Of a DNA stretch of 64,000 nt, positions 12,301 through 25,757 are shown piece by piece (position 1 is the stretch's first letter; each line of letters begins with the position of its first letter). The notes below the pieces were generated by a model, which saw nothing but the letters and a program-made list of their open reading frames with translations, was not told the DNA's origin and made no database searches. This DNA is from Octopus vulgaris. Lineage: Eukaryota. The DNA is taken from assembly GCA_951406725.2 (NCBI GenBank), contig OX597821.1, positions 48,794,001 to 48,858,000 of the forward strand. Reading direction: 5' to 3'. The translations under genes and the position numbers were made by a program.

Positions 12301-14509
12301 GGAACTTCCAGTTGTCCTCTAAGCTATATGTCCCTTCATCCTCCTCTCTATCATCAGAGGCTTCCAGTAGAATGTCTCTAAATTTTTGTTTGTTTGCTAG
12401 CTCTTTGAGCTTCCCTCAATCATGCCAGTCATTGGAAATTATGTTATAGTTGTTGCTGTCAAGTAAATTGTTAGGAGTGCCCATTGTCTTTACTTGTTCT
12501 ATATGTTTCTAAATTGCTAGGCCAAAATTGAGTTCACATTCAAAGAGAAAAGATTATCTGACCAAGAAATATGAGACAACTTCATATTCCTGGAAGACGA
12601 ATTTAGATACTGACACAGAAGACAAGGGCAGCAAAAGTATTGGGACAGCATTTTCATCTATTCCTCTATGCTAGCCTGGGTGGCCGGTGACTGTAAGATG
12701 AGAATGCCATTGCTGGAAATTCTAATAGAATCAACATTCACTGAGTTACCTCCATGTGCCTACTCATGAAATTATAGAGCCTTCATTTTAATGTGGGTGG
12801 GATAAGGTTGTTGGAGGAATTATTTTTATAGTTGGATTTTTCTAACTAGACAAAATGAAGTAGAACTTGTTTTATATCGGAGAAACTGGAGCAGTCTAAG
12901 TTGTATTCCTTATTCAAACATGCAGAACAATGTAAAGTTTGAACTCATAACCATGTGATCAGTAGTCTAGCATTTTAATCTCTTGATCATTGTGCTTCTA
13001 TCCATTGACAAAGAACAGTTGCACTTTCCTTCAAACTGCATACCATTGAAAAACAGAGAGAAGAAACCAAGGTTTCATGTCAGTCCATTTGACTGGGGCA
13101 TGATATATCTAGATCTGTAACATTTAGTTGTTTGTCTGATTCTCTGTGTACCTTAGAGTTGCTAGATCAAGATGAGAAGTAGTTAAACAACAGCATCCAA
13201 TATCAACTAAAATATATCACTTTTAATTTACTTTGGATTACTTTTATATATTTATTTATATATTTTTTTGCCGAACATATTGTCAAGAGGGGTTTTTCTA
13301 AGGAGTAGCCTTAGAATAAAAAGTAACATTACTTCACCAAGTAATAAAAAGTAACATTACTTCAGCAAGTGCCATAAAATATCAGAAATAACATCAGTCA
13401 CCTGCCACATTATTCACTTAAATTTTGTGTTCACATTTAGAAAAGTATAATGGTGCCAACAAAACATTTTTGCCTGCTGTATAATGTGATATACATTTCC
13501 TGCATCATTCTCTTCAATTGTTAAAGAATAAATTCATGTTGATTGATCTTTCTAGTCATCATCATCATTGTAACATTTATTGTGATGGTGATGAAATAAA
13601 CGTAGTAGATAACAACTACTAGTAGAAGTTGGTGGCTACAATTAACTGGTTTCACTCATTGGACTAACTGTCAAAGATTTTAGTTCGCTAAACTTATCCC
13701 AGTACTTATTATTACTTTCTGATATATATATATATATATATATTCTGTTGATCTTTGTTGCAATTGATAAGTTATAGGATATAAAGGGACATAATTTATA
13801 TACCAGTAGTTTTTGACTAGTACATGCACGCACAGACACACACATACATGTGTGCACGCGCACACTCACACACACAAACCTGTCTATATATGATGGACTT
13901 CAGAAAAGTTTCTTTAACAAATTCTACTGTATGATGTAAGTCTTCCCAGGTCTATAGTAGAGGTTTGTCTTAAGTGCCATGAAATTGGATTGATCTTGCA
14001 TGGTTGCGGAACTAATTCTTAACTGCATATACATTTCTGCACCAGTTAAGTTCATTTTCCATTCTGAGTTCAAATCCCCCTGGGCCTTTCCTTAGGATTT
14101 ATGTCCTTGTGCCTGAATTATTATTCAGCCCCAAACTGACAGAATTGATACCCACTGGTCAAAATGCTTAGTGGCATCTCATTTGCCTTTATATTCTGAG
14201 TTCAAATTCCACTGGGGTCAATGTAATTGACAAGCCCCACCCCTCACTTCCAAAATTTCAGGCTTTGTACCAAGTCATGGAAACTTAGAGCTCCATAATA
14301 TTTGAAAGTTTTATAAATTGTTTTGGCTGAGTAAAGCCCATTCAATTATTCATTTTATGATAACATTTTTGTTGACATTGTTTGGATCACAGTGGTAACA
14401 TTTCTGTTCAATTACACTCCTTTTGTAGATGTTACTCTGTGATATTCATTTTACATTTCTTATGAAAACAAAGATTTAGAAATTTTTCCAATTTTAGAAA
14501 TTGGGAAGA

Positions 14510-14760
14510 AAATACTTGTAGACTAATAGATGTAAGTGATAAAAATATATCTGTAAAGGAATTTAACAAATTAAGTAAATATAATGATCAGGAAATTGAA
14601 ATACAGATGTGGCATCTTAAAATGAGAACTGTTCCTGTTATTGCAGGTGCCCTAGGTACGATAAGAAAGGGATATCAGAAACATATAGATAATATCCTAA
14701 GATTGGGCTGGCGGATTTCTAAGATATAGCTCCCAGATCATCACAGATCCTCCTCTATGT
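14510..14760 (+). mobile_element. R4/Dong-like LINE C-terminal fragment
   Basis: Reads KEFNKLSKY...MWHLK..VPVIAGALGTI, the end of a restriction-like endonuclease. Confidence 0.6.
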
Positions 14761-15299
14761 TTAACAGTTGGAAGAAGAAGTCTGAGTCAATTCAGAAATT
14801 TTTCCAATTTTCAAAATAATAATAACCAGTGGTGAACAATGTTCTGTCAGCTCAGTTTTATATACCAGTGTAGCCACGACAACTGAACATAATGTCAATG
14901 GCAGGGAAATTGGAGCAGAAATGAATCTTTTGTGTCTAAGTAATAGAATTTCATCTTAATTCTGTGGTGACAGCAACACCTTCAAAAATACCAGCAGCAG
15001 CAGCAACAACAACAACAATAATAATAACAGCTGTAGAAACAAAAATAAGAGCAGCAACATCAAGAATGAAGTCAACATCAATCACTAGTAATAACAAAAA
15101 CAGTATGCAAGGCAATAGTAACAGCATAAAAAAAAGCACCACAACAACTCTATCCTTTTCAAGGGCAGTAAACCAGTGGAGAGTGCATTCCGTGGAAGAT
15201 CTGAGAGGTAAGAGCCAGTGCAAAAATGATATTGTGAAGCCAGGAGTTATATCACTTAGTGAAGAGGTAAAAAAGAGCTCTGAATAACAAACAATTATC

Positions 15300-17556
15300 T
15301 ATAAGTGCATGTCTTACAAGGAGACTTAAATTTCCTATTCTGGAAGAAAATGAAAAATGCTTTCAAGATGTGTTGCCCTTAGTGATACACTTATATAGAG
15401 GGAAACTGTATGGATCAGTAGATGCCATATGCATCTGCAACCAGAAAGAGACCTTTATAATGATTCTCCATCATCAATATAATGTAAGAGGTTGACTAAA
15501 ATTGTAGTCAAGAACCTGCCTGCTCATCAAGATCCAGCAAATTTTAGCCATTCGAAGAGTATGGAGGAAATTGTGGAAGTGAAGTCTACTCACCATCTCA
15601 ACAGGACTGGGATTCTTATGGAATTCCAAGTACTGGTTGCTCCAGAAGAAGTTACTTACATGCCCAATTTTTTGTGTTTTGGGGAATGAGCTGATGCCAA
15701 GTGTTAACGGAAGGCAGGCAACCTAAATGTTTCATGTATAGGAATTCAAACCATCTCAAAGCTTTCTGTCCCACAGTGGAGAAAGCATAACACCCTCCAT
15801 CATTACTATAAACTTCACCAAAATAATCTCTTCCTCATACAATTGGTGAAAGCTCTAAAACAAAGACAGTACAAAAGGCCTTATCAGGAGATGAAGCTCT
15901 TGAAATTATCTCAAAAGGCTTTTGTCAGAGTTAAAAAGAAGAATCAAACACACATAAGTAGTCATCGCCCCAAATTGAAGATATTAAGACATGATGGTAA
16001 AACTGAAAGTCTGCCACAAAACGTCAACACCATCAGCACAGGAAGAAAACCAACTTTTACAAAACTTCCACAATCACAAGTAATAAAACGTCATGAAAAC
16101 AAGCACCTTAGCAACAACATGACCAACAGTTACAAACTCATGTACATACTTCCCATATCAACTTCACTGTTGTTCAGATTAACAACAATTTAATTGATTG
16201 AGGAAGCAATTAACAAAAATATTCTGACAAGTGGGGAAGGTTTTTCTGAAAATATCCTCAGACAGAATGCTGTTATAAACAAACACATATGACTTAAAAC
16301 AACATTCCCCCCCCCCCCAAAGCTTACGAGAGAAACATCCCCCACTCCCTCTCTACCAAAAAGAAGGCTGTTTCAACAGCCATCCATGAAGACCATTTTC
16401 TCTTCTCTCGCTAGAAAGCTGTGTAACTGTTCAGGGTCTGGGTTTGGTTTGGAAACAGGGTCACTCAACATAGTTGTGGTAGCCATGAGTAAGACAAGGA
16501 TTTCCAGAGAGTATATGCTGGCACTTGTTTTCAACAACTATGAGATATTCTCATCTCATGGTCTGTTGAGTTTGGGCGGCAGAGTAGCAGTGCTATTTCA
16601 AAAATCCTTAGACATGAAAGAGCTTCTTGAATCCATGTAGTAAGTTGGTGGTCCTAGATGTAAATGACAGGGAAGGTGGCGCCTTTAGATTGGTCACTGT
16701 TTATACCCCAACGGGCTAGAAGACCAGATTTCTTCAGGTATCCAGAAACATTCATAGGAACATCTCACACTTTAGTACTAGTGGCGAACTGGGGCTACAT
16801 TTTGGACTGTGGGGTTAAAGATTAGCAGAAGCCGGCAAACCTGCTCAAGAACATCTATCTGTCTCACAGGTATCAACTAGGGTTTCCTGATGTGCCAGTG
16901 TGGACATGGAGCAACCACAGCAGGTCTTCCAGATTGTATCTAGTTGGAGTATTTGGTCAGTAGATAAGGATAGTGTAGGATGTCCACAGTTCAAACTGGT
17001 TGGTTACACAGACCACAAATTTGTGATCTACCCTATTGATTTAGATAGGACTCATATACCGCAACTTGGTTACTGGAAGTTGAACATGTCCTTACTAGCA
17101 AGCATTGACTACAGAGACTGGATTACTGAACTAGCTAAGCAACAGCCATCAAGAACTGGTGGTTGGTTACCCTGTAGAGTAGAATCGATAGTGTTTTGCA
17201 AACTAGAGGGAGAACTAGTTAGCAATGGAGAAGAGGAGATTAGTAAAGTCATCATGACTGACATACAAGCAGCGCGAATGGCCCTTAGCCATTACTTTGA
17301 AGCAAAACATGAAAGCTGTAAATAAATCTGTCTGATGGGCCCAAACAGTGGAGACACAATGTGGCAATAAAACTATGATCAGGTCTTTGACAGACCAGGA
17401 TGGGTGTATGCTACTTGGTTCCAGACGTGTACAGCTTTCCAGCAGCATTTTGCATGACTTTAAGGAAGGCAATGGTAGCAGCCTTTAATTTGTAACTGGA
17501 TAGCCTACTGTGGCTCTCAGCAGTGGATGCAAGATTCTCTGGAAAGCCAATAACAA
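15300..17556 (+). mobile_element. Decayed Tx1/L1-like LINE (ORF1 remnant and AP endonuclease)
   Basis: GGRVAVLF, YTDHKFV and GYWKLNMSLL endonuclease motifs at 16400-17200. Confidence 0.7.
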
Positions 17557-18034
17557 GGTGGTCATGAAGCTCTGCAGTAATTTTGGGAGCTGTACTTTTG
17601 TGATCCTTTCTAACAATTCGTGTAAGAGTCTGATGGTCCCTATCTGATTCCCTACCTGGTTTTCTTCTGGAGTTTTGTTTCGATGAAGAGGTTTTTCCCT
17701 CTTTCTCAAAGGCTGTCATTACTTTTGAGACAGTACTTCTTGATACACCAAACATTTTGGCTGTTTTTGTTACACTAGCGCCTGCCATATGAGCACCAAC
17801 AATTTGACCTCTTTGAAAGTCTGATAGATCTGTCAGTTTAATGAATTTTAATTACCTTTTTCTAATGAATATAAGGGTCAGGAAATCGAAATACAAAAAA
17901 CTAGAATTTAGCGAAACATATTAAGCAACACTAATAATAAATCAAAAAGCATAAAAATAAGCAAGCTTTTGATGGTTTTATAGATATTTCAAAATTATGA
18001 TGCTAGGTGTTTCCATTATTTTGTCCAACCCCTG
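17557..18034 (-). mobile_element. Tc1-like transposon, 5' portion
   Basis: MAGASVTKTAKMFGVSRSTVSKVM HTH; left TIR TA|CAGGGGTTGGACAAAATAATGGAAACACC. Confidence 0.85.
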
Positions 18035-18179
18035 TACGTATTGACACTTCCAATCAGTTAAGATCAGAACCCATGAGAGCTACTGCCTGGTTTTACATCA
18101 GGGCATTTATGATTATTATCATTTTATATATGTTCAACAGATTAGACTGTTGGAAAAGAAAAGTTCCTAACATCAGGCT

Positions 18180-19400
18180 ACAGCAAGTAACCTCAGATGC
18201 CAAGAACTCTCCTAAGTATTCTAACTGTCCCGATTAACACTGTTTCCTGGAACTGTACTAAATAGGGTTTTATGCCTATTTTTCTCGATCCATCTGTTCA
18301 AATCTTTAGGGATAGTTCTTAATGCACTTATAACTACAGGGATACACTTTACCTGCACTTTCCATAGTCTCTGTAATTGGTTAGGTCTTAGTACTTTGCT
18401 ATTTTCTCTGTACCTCTCATATTTTTCATCATTTGGGAGTGTAAAGTCAATTATCTGACACTTTCTATTCTCCTTATCTACAGTTACAAAATCAGGCCTT
18501 CTAGCTTCTATTACTCTGTCCATCTGAATGTTAAAGTCACACATCTCATATTTCTTACTTTCTAGTACTTGCTCATGTTCATATCATTTTTCAGTATGGC
18601 CAAAATCCTAACTTTCTGCATAACTTCCAATGGATTACTCTCCCTAGGTTGTTATGCCTTTTCTTGTATCCTTTCTGTGCCAGCATACTACATTCACTTA
18701 CTATATGAGTACCACTTTCCTCCTTTGATTTGCATAATCTACATTTGCTTTTGTCCAACTAATCTTTAATGCTTGATCCTGTGCTTCTAACAAACTTTCT
18801 ATCTCCCTTTTTAGCCTTCCTTTCTGCAATCATAACCATGTCTCATTACTATTTGCTGCAATTATCTTTGGGAATCTACCATGCAAAGCCTTCTCTTGCC
18901 AGTCAGATAACTTCTGGGGGGAGGGTCTGATTTTTTCTGATCTTTAACTTCATTTGGCTTTTTGGTTTCCCTGTTCTGCTGTGACTCTAGCAGCTATTAA
19001 TTAACTTTTTTCACTATTACCTACATAGGAGTCTATCTCTACTGTAGCCGACTCCATGCAGTCCTCTACTGATATTAACCCTCTTTCGCCTTCCTTTCTA
19101 TGTAGGTATAATCTTGCTACCCCTGCTCTTGGGCAAAGTACTCCATTTATATTGAATTCCTTCCTAATTCTTCTCTTTAGCTTTGCTAATTCAGATTTGG
19201 TCCAATCTACAAAAGCTGCTGAGTATCTAAGTAATGATACAGCCCAAGTATTTACAGCCATCACTAGATTCGGACCATTTAGCTTTGACTTCATTAGCTT
19301 CTTCACCCTTCCGATGTACTCCTTCTCAATTTTTGTTTTCATTTCTATAGTTAGTACTCCTTCAGATTCTAATGCTCCTAAATGCTTATAACTCTCCTCC
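18180..19400 (-). mobile_element. R4/Dong-clade non-LTR retrotransposon fragment
   Basis: AVNTWAVSLLRYSA...RLYLHRKEGERGLISVED post-RT block; RRPDF...IIDF restriction-like endonuclease. Confidence 0.85.
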
Positions 19401-19559
19401 TCATTATCATCATCATCATTGCATAGTATTGATATAAAATAATGATTTTTTTTTTAATTGTTTTTTTTTCTTCTTGATATTAATTGCCAAGCCTTAATAA
19501 AAGGTCTTTGACAGAAAATATATTTCTAAGGATATATACTGTTCAAAGGAGGGATAAAG

Positions 19560-20180
19560 TTGACACACTAACATATCTGTTTTGATGTCCATCCATTCCT
19601 GATAGTATGATAGCTTTTGTGGATTGACTTTCATGCTTCAATGATAACTGGTATAATTTTCACTGCTCATGATCAGAGCTGCTCATATTGTCAGCCACTA
19701 AGGGACATGCTTAAGGGCTTAAGGCCAAGCAAGCTTGTGGTATTGAGCAGAATATTTGTTTAGCCCATCTTTTGCCCAAAGACAAGACATCTACATAACA
19801 CTTCCACCCAGTTAAGATCAGAGGCTATAAGAGCTACTGCCTGGTACGGCATCAGGGCATTGTTGTTGTTGTTGTTGTCATCGTCACCGCTGTTCTTCAT
19901 CATCATCTTCATCTTTTTTGTCTGATCTTTTATAATAATATCCAGTTTATTAACTTTTATCGTCTTGTCGGTCTGTACGGGGAAGTTCCATAGAATCGAC
20001 ATATTTTCTCCCTCAGTCACAGCTTCAAGATGGTGTTTATACCATTTGTCAGCGGTTTTGATTTTAGAATGCCGACATATTGTCCAGTGTAAATACTGGC
20101 TGACCCTGTCATGTCTTGCTTTATATTCTACAGGTGCTAAGACTCTACACCCTGAGATTAGGTGGTCTATAATTTCATTA
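19560..20180 (-). mobile_element. Second R4/Dong-like fragment
   Basis: IDHLISGCRVLAP.EYKARHDRV...ILWNFPVQTDKTIKVNKLDIIIKD. Confidence 0.8.
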
Positions 20181-20261
20181 TTATTATTATTGTTGTTGTT
20201 GTTGTCGCCGTCGTCGTCATTATTATTTATTATTTATTTATTATTATTATTATTATTATAG

Positions 20262-20375
20262 GAATATTCTGAAGAGAGTAACTCAGAACCTGATGTTGAT
20301 CTTGAGAACCAATATTATAATTCTAAAGCCTTAAAAGAAGATGATCCTCGAAAAGCTCTGGAGAATTTCCACATG
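20262..20375 (+). CDS. COPS2: COP9 signalosome subunit 2, coding exon (first visible; probably exon 2)
   Basis: ag|GAA...ATG|gtaag, 114 nt, [38 protein letters not shown], matches the CSN2 N-terminus. Confidence 0.95.
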
Positions 20376-20589
20376 GTAAGAGACTTTTTTTTAGGCAGCC
20401 TTTTATATTTTTTTCCCACACTTCAGTTATAACTTTTGTGTTAAATTTGCTTTTCACTTGAGAGACACACAGACAAAGGTGAATTGAATACTTAAGCTAG
20501 TGCAAGAAAACTTAAAATTCTACCCATCTAACTTTATTTTATTGAAGTTTTATTACCTTCTGGTGTTAGCTTCAATGAGACCAAGTCTC

Positions 20590-21060
20590 CTTTACACAGC
20601 TATTCTCGTCCATATGCATCACATTGCCATATAACACTTTGTCGAACATGCACATTGACATTGCACATCCAGAGTAGCATATTGGCTTCATTTCTTTCAA
20701 GCCTATGCGTGTCCTCAGCTGTCACAACTCATGTTTCACTGCCAAGTAGCATAGCTGTTCATGCACAAGCATCATATAATTTGCCTTTCACTCTGAGAGA
20801 GAGGTCTTTCCTTTGTTGCCAGCAGAGGTAGGTGCTCTCTGAACTTTGCCCTAATCTTATTCTCACACTTATGCTCTTAGAGCATCCATCTCTGCTACTA
20901 ACTTGTTTACTTATCTAACAGAAGTCCTCTATTGCCTCCAGCTTGCTCCCCTGGCAGTCGAAGTTTATTTTCTGCCCATTTTCAGCACTTATTGCACCTA
21001 TGCATCTTCCACATACAAGAGCTCTTTTCCCTGTTAGCCTTCCTCTGATATTGCAGCAAC
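20590..21060 (-). mobile_element. RTE LINE fragment
   Basis: Similar to the RTE ORF at 24410-24775 (KGKLYDAC...TAMLLGSET..VTAED). Confidence 0.7.
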
Positions 21061-21122
21061 TTATCTAACCAAAATCCTTTTAAGGGATGTTTGTCTAATT
21101 TTCATATTTTTCATTTCTTCAG

Positions 21123-21203
21123 GTCCTTGAATTGGAAGGAAAAGATAAAGGAGAATGGGGCTTCAAGGCCTTAAAACAGATGATTAAAATCAATTTCAAA
21201 TTG
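21123..21203 (+). CDS. COPS2: CSN2 coding exon
   Basis: ag|GTC...TTG|gtaag, 81 nt, [27 protein letters not shown]. Confidence 0.96.
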
Positions 21204-22239
21204 GTAAGGACATCATTAAACCACTGTCGTGTGATGTTTATCTGCAGTTCTTTCTTATTTCTCTCTCTGTTATCTTCAGATGATCCCTTACATGTCTCTG
21301 GTGATGTAGAAAGATGTATATCACTCTTCTTGTCACTTCAGTTGAGATGCTTTATTCATTTTCAAAGACTACTCAGTATATTTGTTCACTTTTTTTCATT
21401 TTTAATATGGAAGGATGATGTTTGAAGTACATTTGTCTGCTATTTCGAACGACTGTATGTCCTTCAACCAGATGAAGTTTGATATACCCAATATTATAAA
21501 TATATGGTTCACACTTGTTAAATTAACTACTTATGTATCATCAGTCGCATCATGGTTGACTTTGGGCCCACATAATTACTTCAGATTCCCCCTGAACAGA
21601 TTTTCCTCCCTCTTTCTACACTTTAGGAGAATGTAGAGCATGTAGAATGAAATCTTGACTAGAAACAAAATGAGAGGTGCACAGTGAGAGTGTGAACACA
21701 TGACCTATAAGTTGGTTGTTCATTTTCATAATTGTTTTGCCATTTCACCTCACCATTTAAACTGTAGTGGATTCTATCATTTAACTGACTTCTATTTCAA
21801 ACACCATAGGAAAGAAATGTAAACTTTTGGGGGATGTGGAAGGGGTCCATTCTGTCATGGTTAAAGCTTTTCATTCTACCTATATTTCTAATGCCATTTT
21901 GAATAAGGTATAATGTCACAACTTCCATTTCTTGTTCTTCATAGAAATTAGTGAAATTTATAAGGAAAGCATACATTCTTGTATATGTATTCAGTGTATA
22001 TTCTTGCCTGAGGTACACTGGTCAAATCCTTGCTGGCTTAATCATTTGCATTGTTTTGGATTAACTATGTATTATTAGCTTTGAAATTTCACTGATGTAG
22101 CTGTATGTTTTTAAAATAACATTGTAAAATCAGTGTGAGAGGCCAGATCTGGCCAGTCGGAACTAAACAGAGAGAATATTTTGGCTGGATATGTTCAGTT
22201 TAAATGCTCTCCAAAGGTAGTCCATTGATGGTCTCAGCA

Positions 22240-22850
22240 GTCAGCTGTGTGAACACATGTGGCTCTGCAACCCAACGCCAGAAGCACACAGGTGCCCACA
22301 GGTTGGACACTGGTAGTCTGTGATCAGGACTGAGGTTGATGTGGCCCAGTGATGTCTGTCTCTTGCGACTGTGAAGCGTTACCATCCATCCTCCTCAAAG
22401 GCAACTACAACAGTCTTGGTGATTGACTTCCAGTTTGTGGCTGCAGTCTTGAGTTTGCAAGGCTGGATTTCACACCACTTTAGGTTGCCCTTTAGGGTGT
22501 CCTTATACCTCAACTTGGATCATCCTTGTTGCTTTGTGCCTTTTTTCATCTCATCGTACATCAGCTGTCTGGGGATGTAGTGGTTATTCATTCTGATGAC
22601 ATGGCCGGTCCAGTGTAACTGAGCTTTGAGCAGAAGTGCCTCGACTCTCATGGACTCTGCTCTGTCTAAAACTTCTTGATTGGAGATTCTGCCCTGCCAG
22701 TGGATGCCCATGATTGTGTGCAGTAATATAGTATAGAACTGTTCCAGCTGTTTGATGTTCTGGTGGTATGGAGTCCACATTTTACAACCATACAGCAGTG
22801 TCGAGAGAGCGACAGCTTTGGACATCTTGAGTTTCGTGGACAGCCGCACA
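22240..22850 (-). mobile_element. RTE (BovB-like) LINE 3' fragment
   Basis: STLLYGC..WTPY...QLHWTGHVIRM...IPRQLMY. Confidence 0.85.
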
Positions 22851-23064
22851 CCTAGAGTTAATAATTCTTGTTCCTTTTTTTTTTTCCTTCTTATCCAAAG
22901 GCAGTGTTAAATTAACAACCAGTTCTATAAATTAAGGTTCTTACCACAAATGATGTGAGGCAGAGACAAGCAATTGACCCTGCGATAGCTTCATGATTTA
23001 TATCACATTAGTGATCCTGTTGTTTTTGTTGTTGAAGATCTTTAAACATATGAAGAATACCAAA

Positions 23065-23365
23065 ACGGTCTTGAGCCGGTGTCACATCTAAAGCATCTGT
23101 GCTGGTGCCAAATATAAAGCTCCCGTGCTGGTGCTACATATAATGCACCCATGCTGGTACCACATATAAAGCACACATTCTGGTGCCATATATAAAGCAC
23201 CCATGCCAGTGTTATGTAAAAGGTACTCAGTACATTCTGTAAAGTGGTTGGCATTAGGAAGGGCATTCAGCCATAGAAACCTTGCTGCAACAGACAATTG
23301 GAACCTGGCCAGCTCCTGTCAAACTGTCCAATCCATACCTACATGGAAAACAGATGATAAATGAT
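23065..23365 (+). mobile_element. RTE tail copy with a short tandem array
   Basis: Several ~24-nt GCTGGTGCCACATATAAAGCACCC units, then TTAGGAAGGGCATTCAGCC and a GAT-like tail. Confidence 0.75.
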
Positions 23366-23677
23366 GAGTTTTTTAAACATGCATTTTCTATCTCTTTCAC
23401 TGTATGTATCTTTAAACGTATATTTTCATGTGACACCTCCTCTTCTATTTTTTTAAACTTATATATCACCATGTGACATTAAACTTTTTCACTGTGTAGT
23501 GAATTAAGCATATATAATAAGATGGACCTTATTAACATGTCTGTTGTCTTGTTTTATGTCAGTGTCTCCAACCTGGTTCTTGTATGTGTGCTCTAATGAT
23601 ACTAATATTCTTTTAGTAATTATTCACTATTCTTGTGACAAACCTGTTTTCATGTTTCTCTTGATATATTCTGCCAG

Positions 23678-23803
23678 GAAAATTATGATGAAATGATGAA
23701 ACGCTATAAACAACTGCTAACTTATATCAAGTCTGCAGTTACTCGCAACTATTCGGAGAAATCAATTAACTCCATTTTGGATTATATTTCTACATCTCAA
23801 CAG
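23678..23803 (+). CDS. COPS2: CSN2 coding exon
   Basis: ag|GAA...CAG|gtaaa, 126 nt, [42 protein letters not shown]. Confidence 0.96.
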
Positions 23804-23980
23804 GTAAAACATATATTTAAAAAAAGGAATTTTTTTTTATTTAATTATTTTGCTTTGTTATTTTGTTCTTTTTTACAAGGAAATCAATGTGTAGCTGTGT
23901 CCTCCCCAAAATAGCATAGAAATTGATAGAACCTGACTTTTAGGCCCTTATATTTTTAGCCTCTAAATATCTAACACTTT

Positions 23981-24775
23981 CATCATCATCATCATTGTTT
24001 AACGTCCGTTTTCCATGCTAGCATGGGTTGGACGGTTCAACTGGGGTCTGGGAAGCCAGGAGGCTGCACCAGGCTCCAGTCTGATCTGGCAGTGTTTCTA
24101 CAGCTTGATGCCCTTCCTAACGCCAACCACTCCGTGAGTGTAGTGGGTGCTTTTTACGTGCTATATGCACAGAAGCTAGTCAAGGCGGCGCTGGCATTGC
24201 CCATGTTCGGATGGTGCTTATTACGTGCCACCAGCATGAGGATCACAACTACAATTTCCATTTGATGTTCATTTTGATGTTGATGTACTTGACTCAATAG
24301 GTCTCCTCAATCACAGCAGGTTGCCCTACGACCCAAGGTACTTTTGAATGGGCTGGGGCTGGTTATGTGAAACTCGTGTAGGATACAGCCATCAACTCAC
24401 TTTATTTGCCAGGTCTTCACAGTCACAGCATATCTCCAGAAGTCTCGGTCTTTTGTCATTGCCTCTGTGAGGCTCAATGTTCGATGGTCATGCTTCACCA
24501 CCTCAGCCCATGTCTTCCTGGATCTACCTCTACCCTAGATTCCTTCAACTGTTTGGGAGTGGCACTTCTTCACACAGCTCTCCTCATCCATCCGTAGTAC
24601 ATGACCATACCAGCGCAAACGTCTCTCTTGCACTCTGCATCCAATGCTTCTTATGTCCAACATTTCTCTCAAGGCACTTACACTCTGTCGTGTGTGCACA
24701 CTGATATTACACATCCAGCAGATCATGCTAGCTTCATTTCTTTTAAGCCTACGCATGTCCTCAGCAGTCACGGAT
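23981..24775 (-). mobile_element. 5'-truncated RTE LINE: ORF end, 3' UTR and (GAT)n tail
   Basis: AEDMRRLKRNEASMICWMC...RRLRWYGHVLRM runs directly into the high-copy repeat, identifying that repeat as the LINE 3' UTR. Confidence 0.9.
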
Positions 24776-25334
24776 AATAAAGGAAATGTTAAACTAGATA
24801 ATAAATGAAATGTTAAACTGAGTGAGGAAGAGGTAGTGCCCATAGCCTTAATAGGGGCTCCAATACTGATGAGAATAAATTATTGCATTTTGACAACTAC
24901 ATGATGAATGTGTTCTGAATAAATGTAGTCAGCAATCTGGTTTCAATACTTTGTTGGAACATTTCATTTACACTGCTGATGCATAAATACCACAATTTAA
25001 CACTTTTTAAGAACATTTAAATTGTTGATTTTCACCTTGTCATATATTTCATATTTCAGTTCTAATTATGTATATATCATCGTCATCATCATACATCCGC
25101 ATTTTCATCTTGTCATATGTTGAGGGTAGTTGTTCTTCCTATTGCTTTTTAGCAATCTCTAATGACATAATGTACCTCTACTAAAACCAGGATACATATA
25201 GTAAGTATAAGTATGTGTATGACTGTACCAATGTATAGGTATGTATATTCATATATCTCTGTTTAAATACATGGTTATGGCTGCAGACTTTTATTTGTAT
25301 GACTTCTTGTTGATGTTTTATCTTTCAATTTCAG

Positions 25335-25502
25335 ATGGTATTGCTTCAGAATTTTTATGAAACTACTTTAGAAGCCCTAAAAGAAGCCAAAAATGAAAGA
25401 CTATGGTTCAAAACCAACACCAAGCTTGGTAAACTTTATTTTGACAGAAACGAATATGGTAAATTGAAAGCCATTCTGAAAGAGCTTCATAATTCCTGCC
25501 AG
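25335..25502 (+). CDS. COPS2: CSN2 coding exon
   Basis: ag|ATG...CAG|gttgg, 168 nt, [56 protein letters not shown]. Confidence 0.96.
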
Positions 25503-25554
25503 GTTGGTACTTGGAAATATCAGTTTTAGTAAATGTATATGGTATAAAAATATA

Positions 25555-25757
25555 CTTTTCTACTCGAGGTACAAGGTCTGAAATTTTGATGGAGGGGGCT
25601 AGTCAATTAGATCAACCCCAGTACACAACTGGTACTTAATTTATCAACCCTGAAAGGCACCGACCTCGGCAGAATTTGAACTCAGAATATAAAGACAGAC
25701 AAAATACCGCTAAGCATTTCGCCCGGCGTGCTAACATTTCAGCCAGCTTGCTGCCTT
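25555..25757 (-). mobile_element. SINE
   Basis: Minus strand AAGGCAGCAAGCTGGCTGAAATGTTAGCACGCCGGGCGAAATGCTTAGCGG...GAGTTCAAATTC (B-box-like). Confidence 0.75.

Noticed and set aside
13315-13370. 28-bp tandem duplication
   Set aside because: Ordinary local duplication with no further structure.
14951-15287. Overlapping low-complexity ORFs rich in T/A/S
   Set aside because: Driven by CAG/CAA/TAA triplet repeats near a LINE 5' region.
23100-23215. Short regularly spaced repeats resembling a CRISPR array
   Set aside because: Eukaryotic context, no unique spacers, no cas genes; part of a LINE tail.
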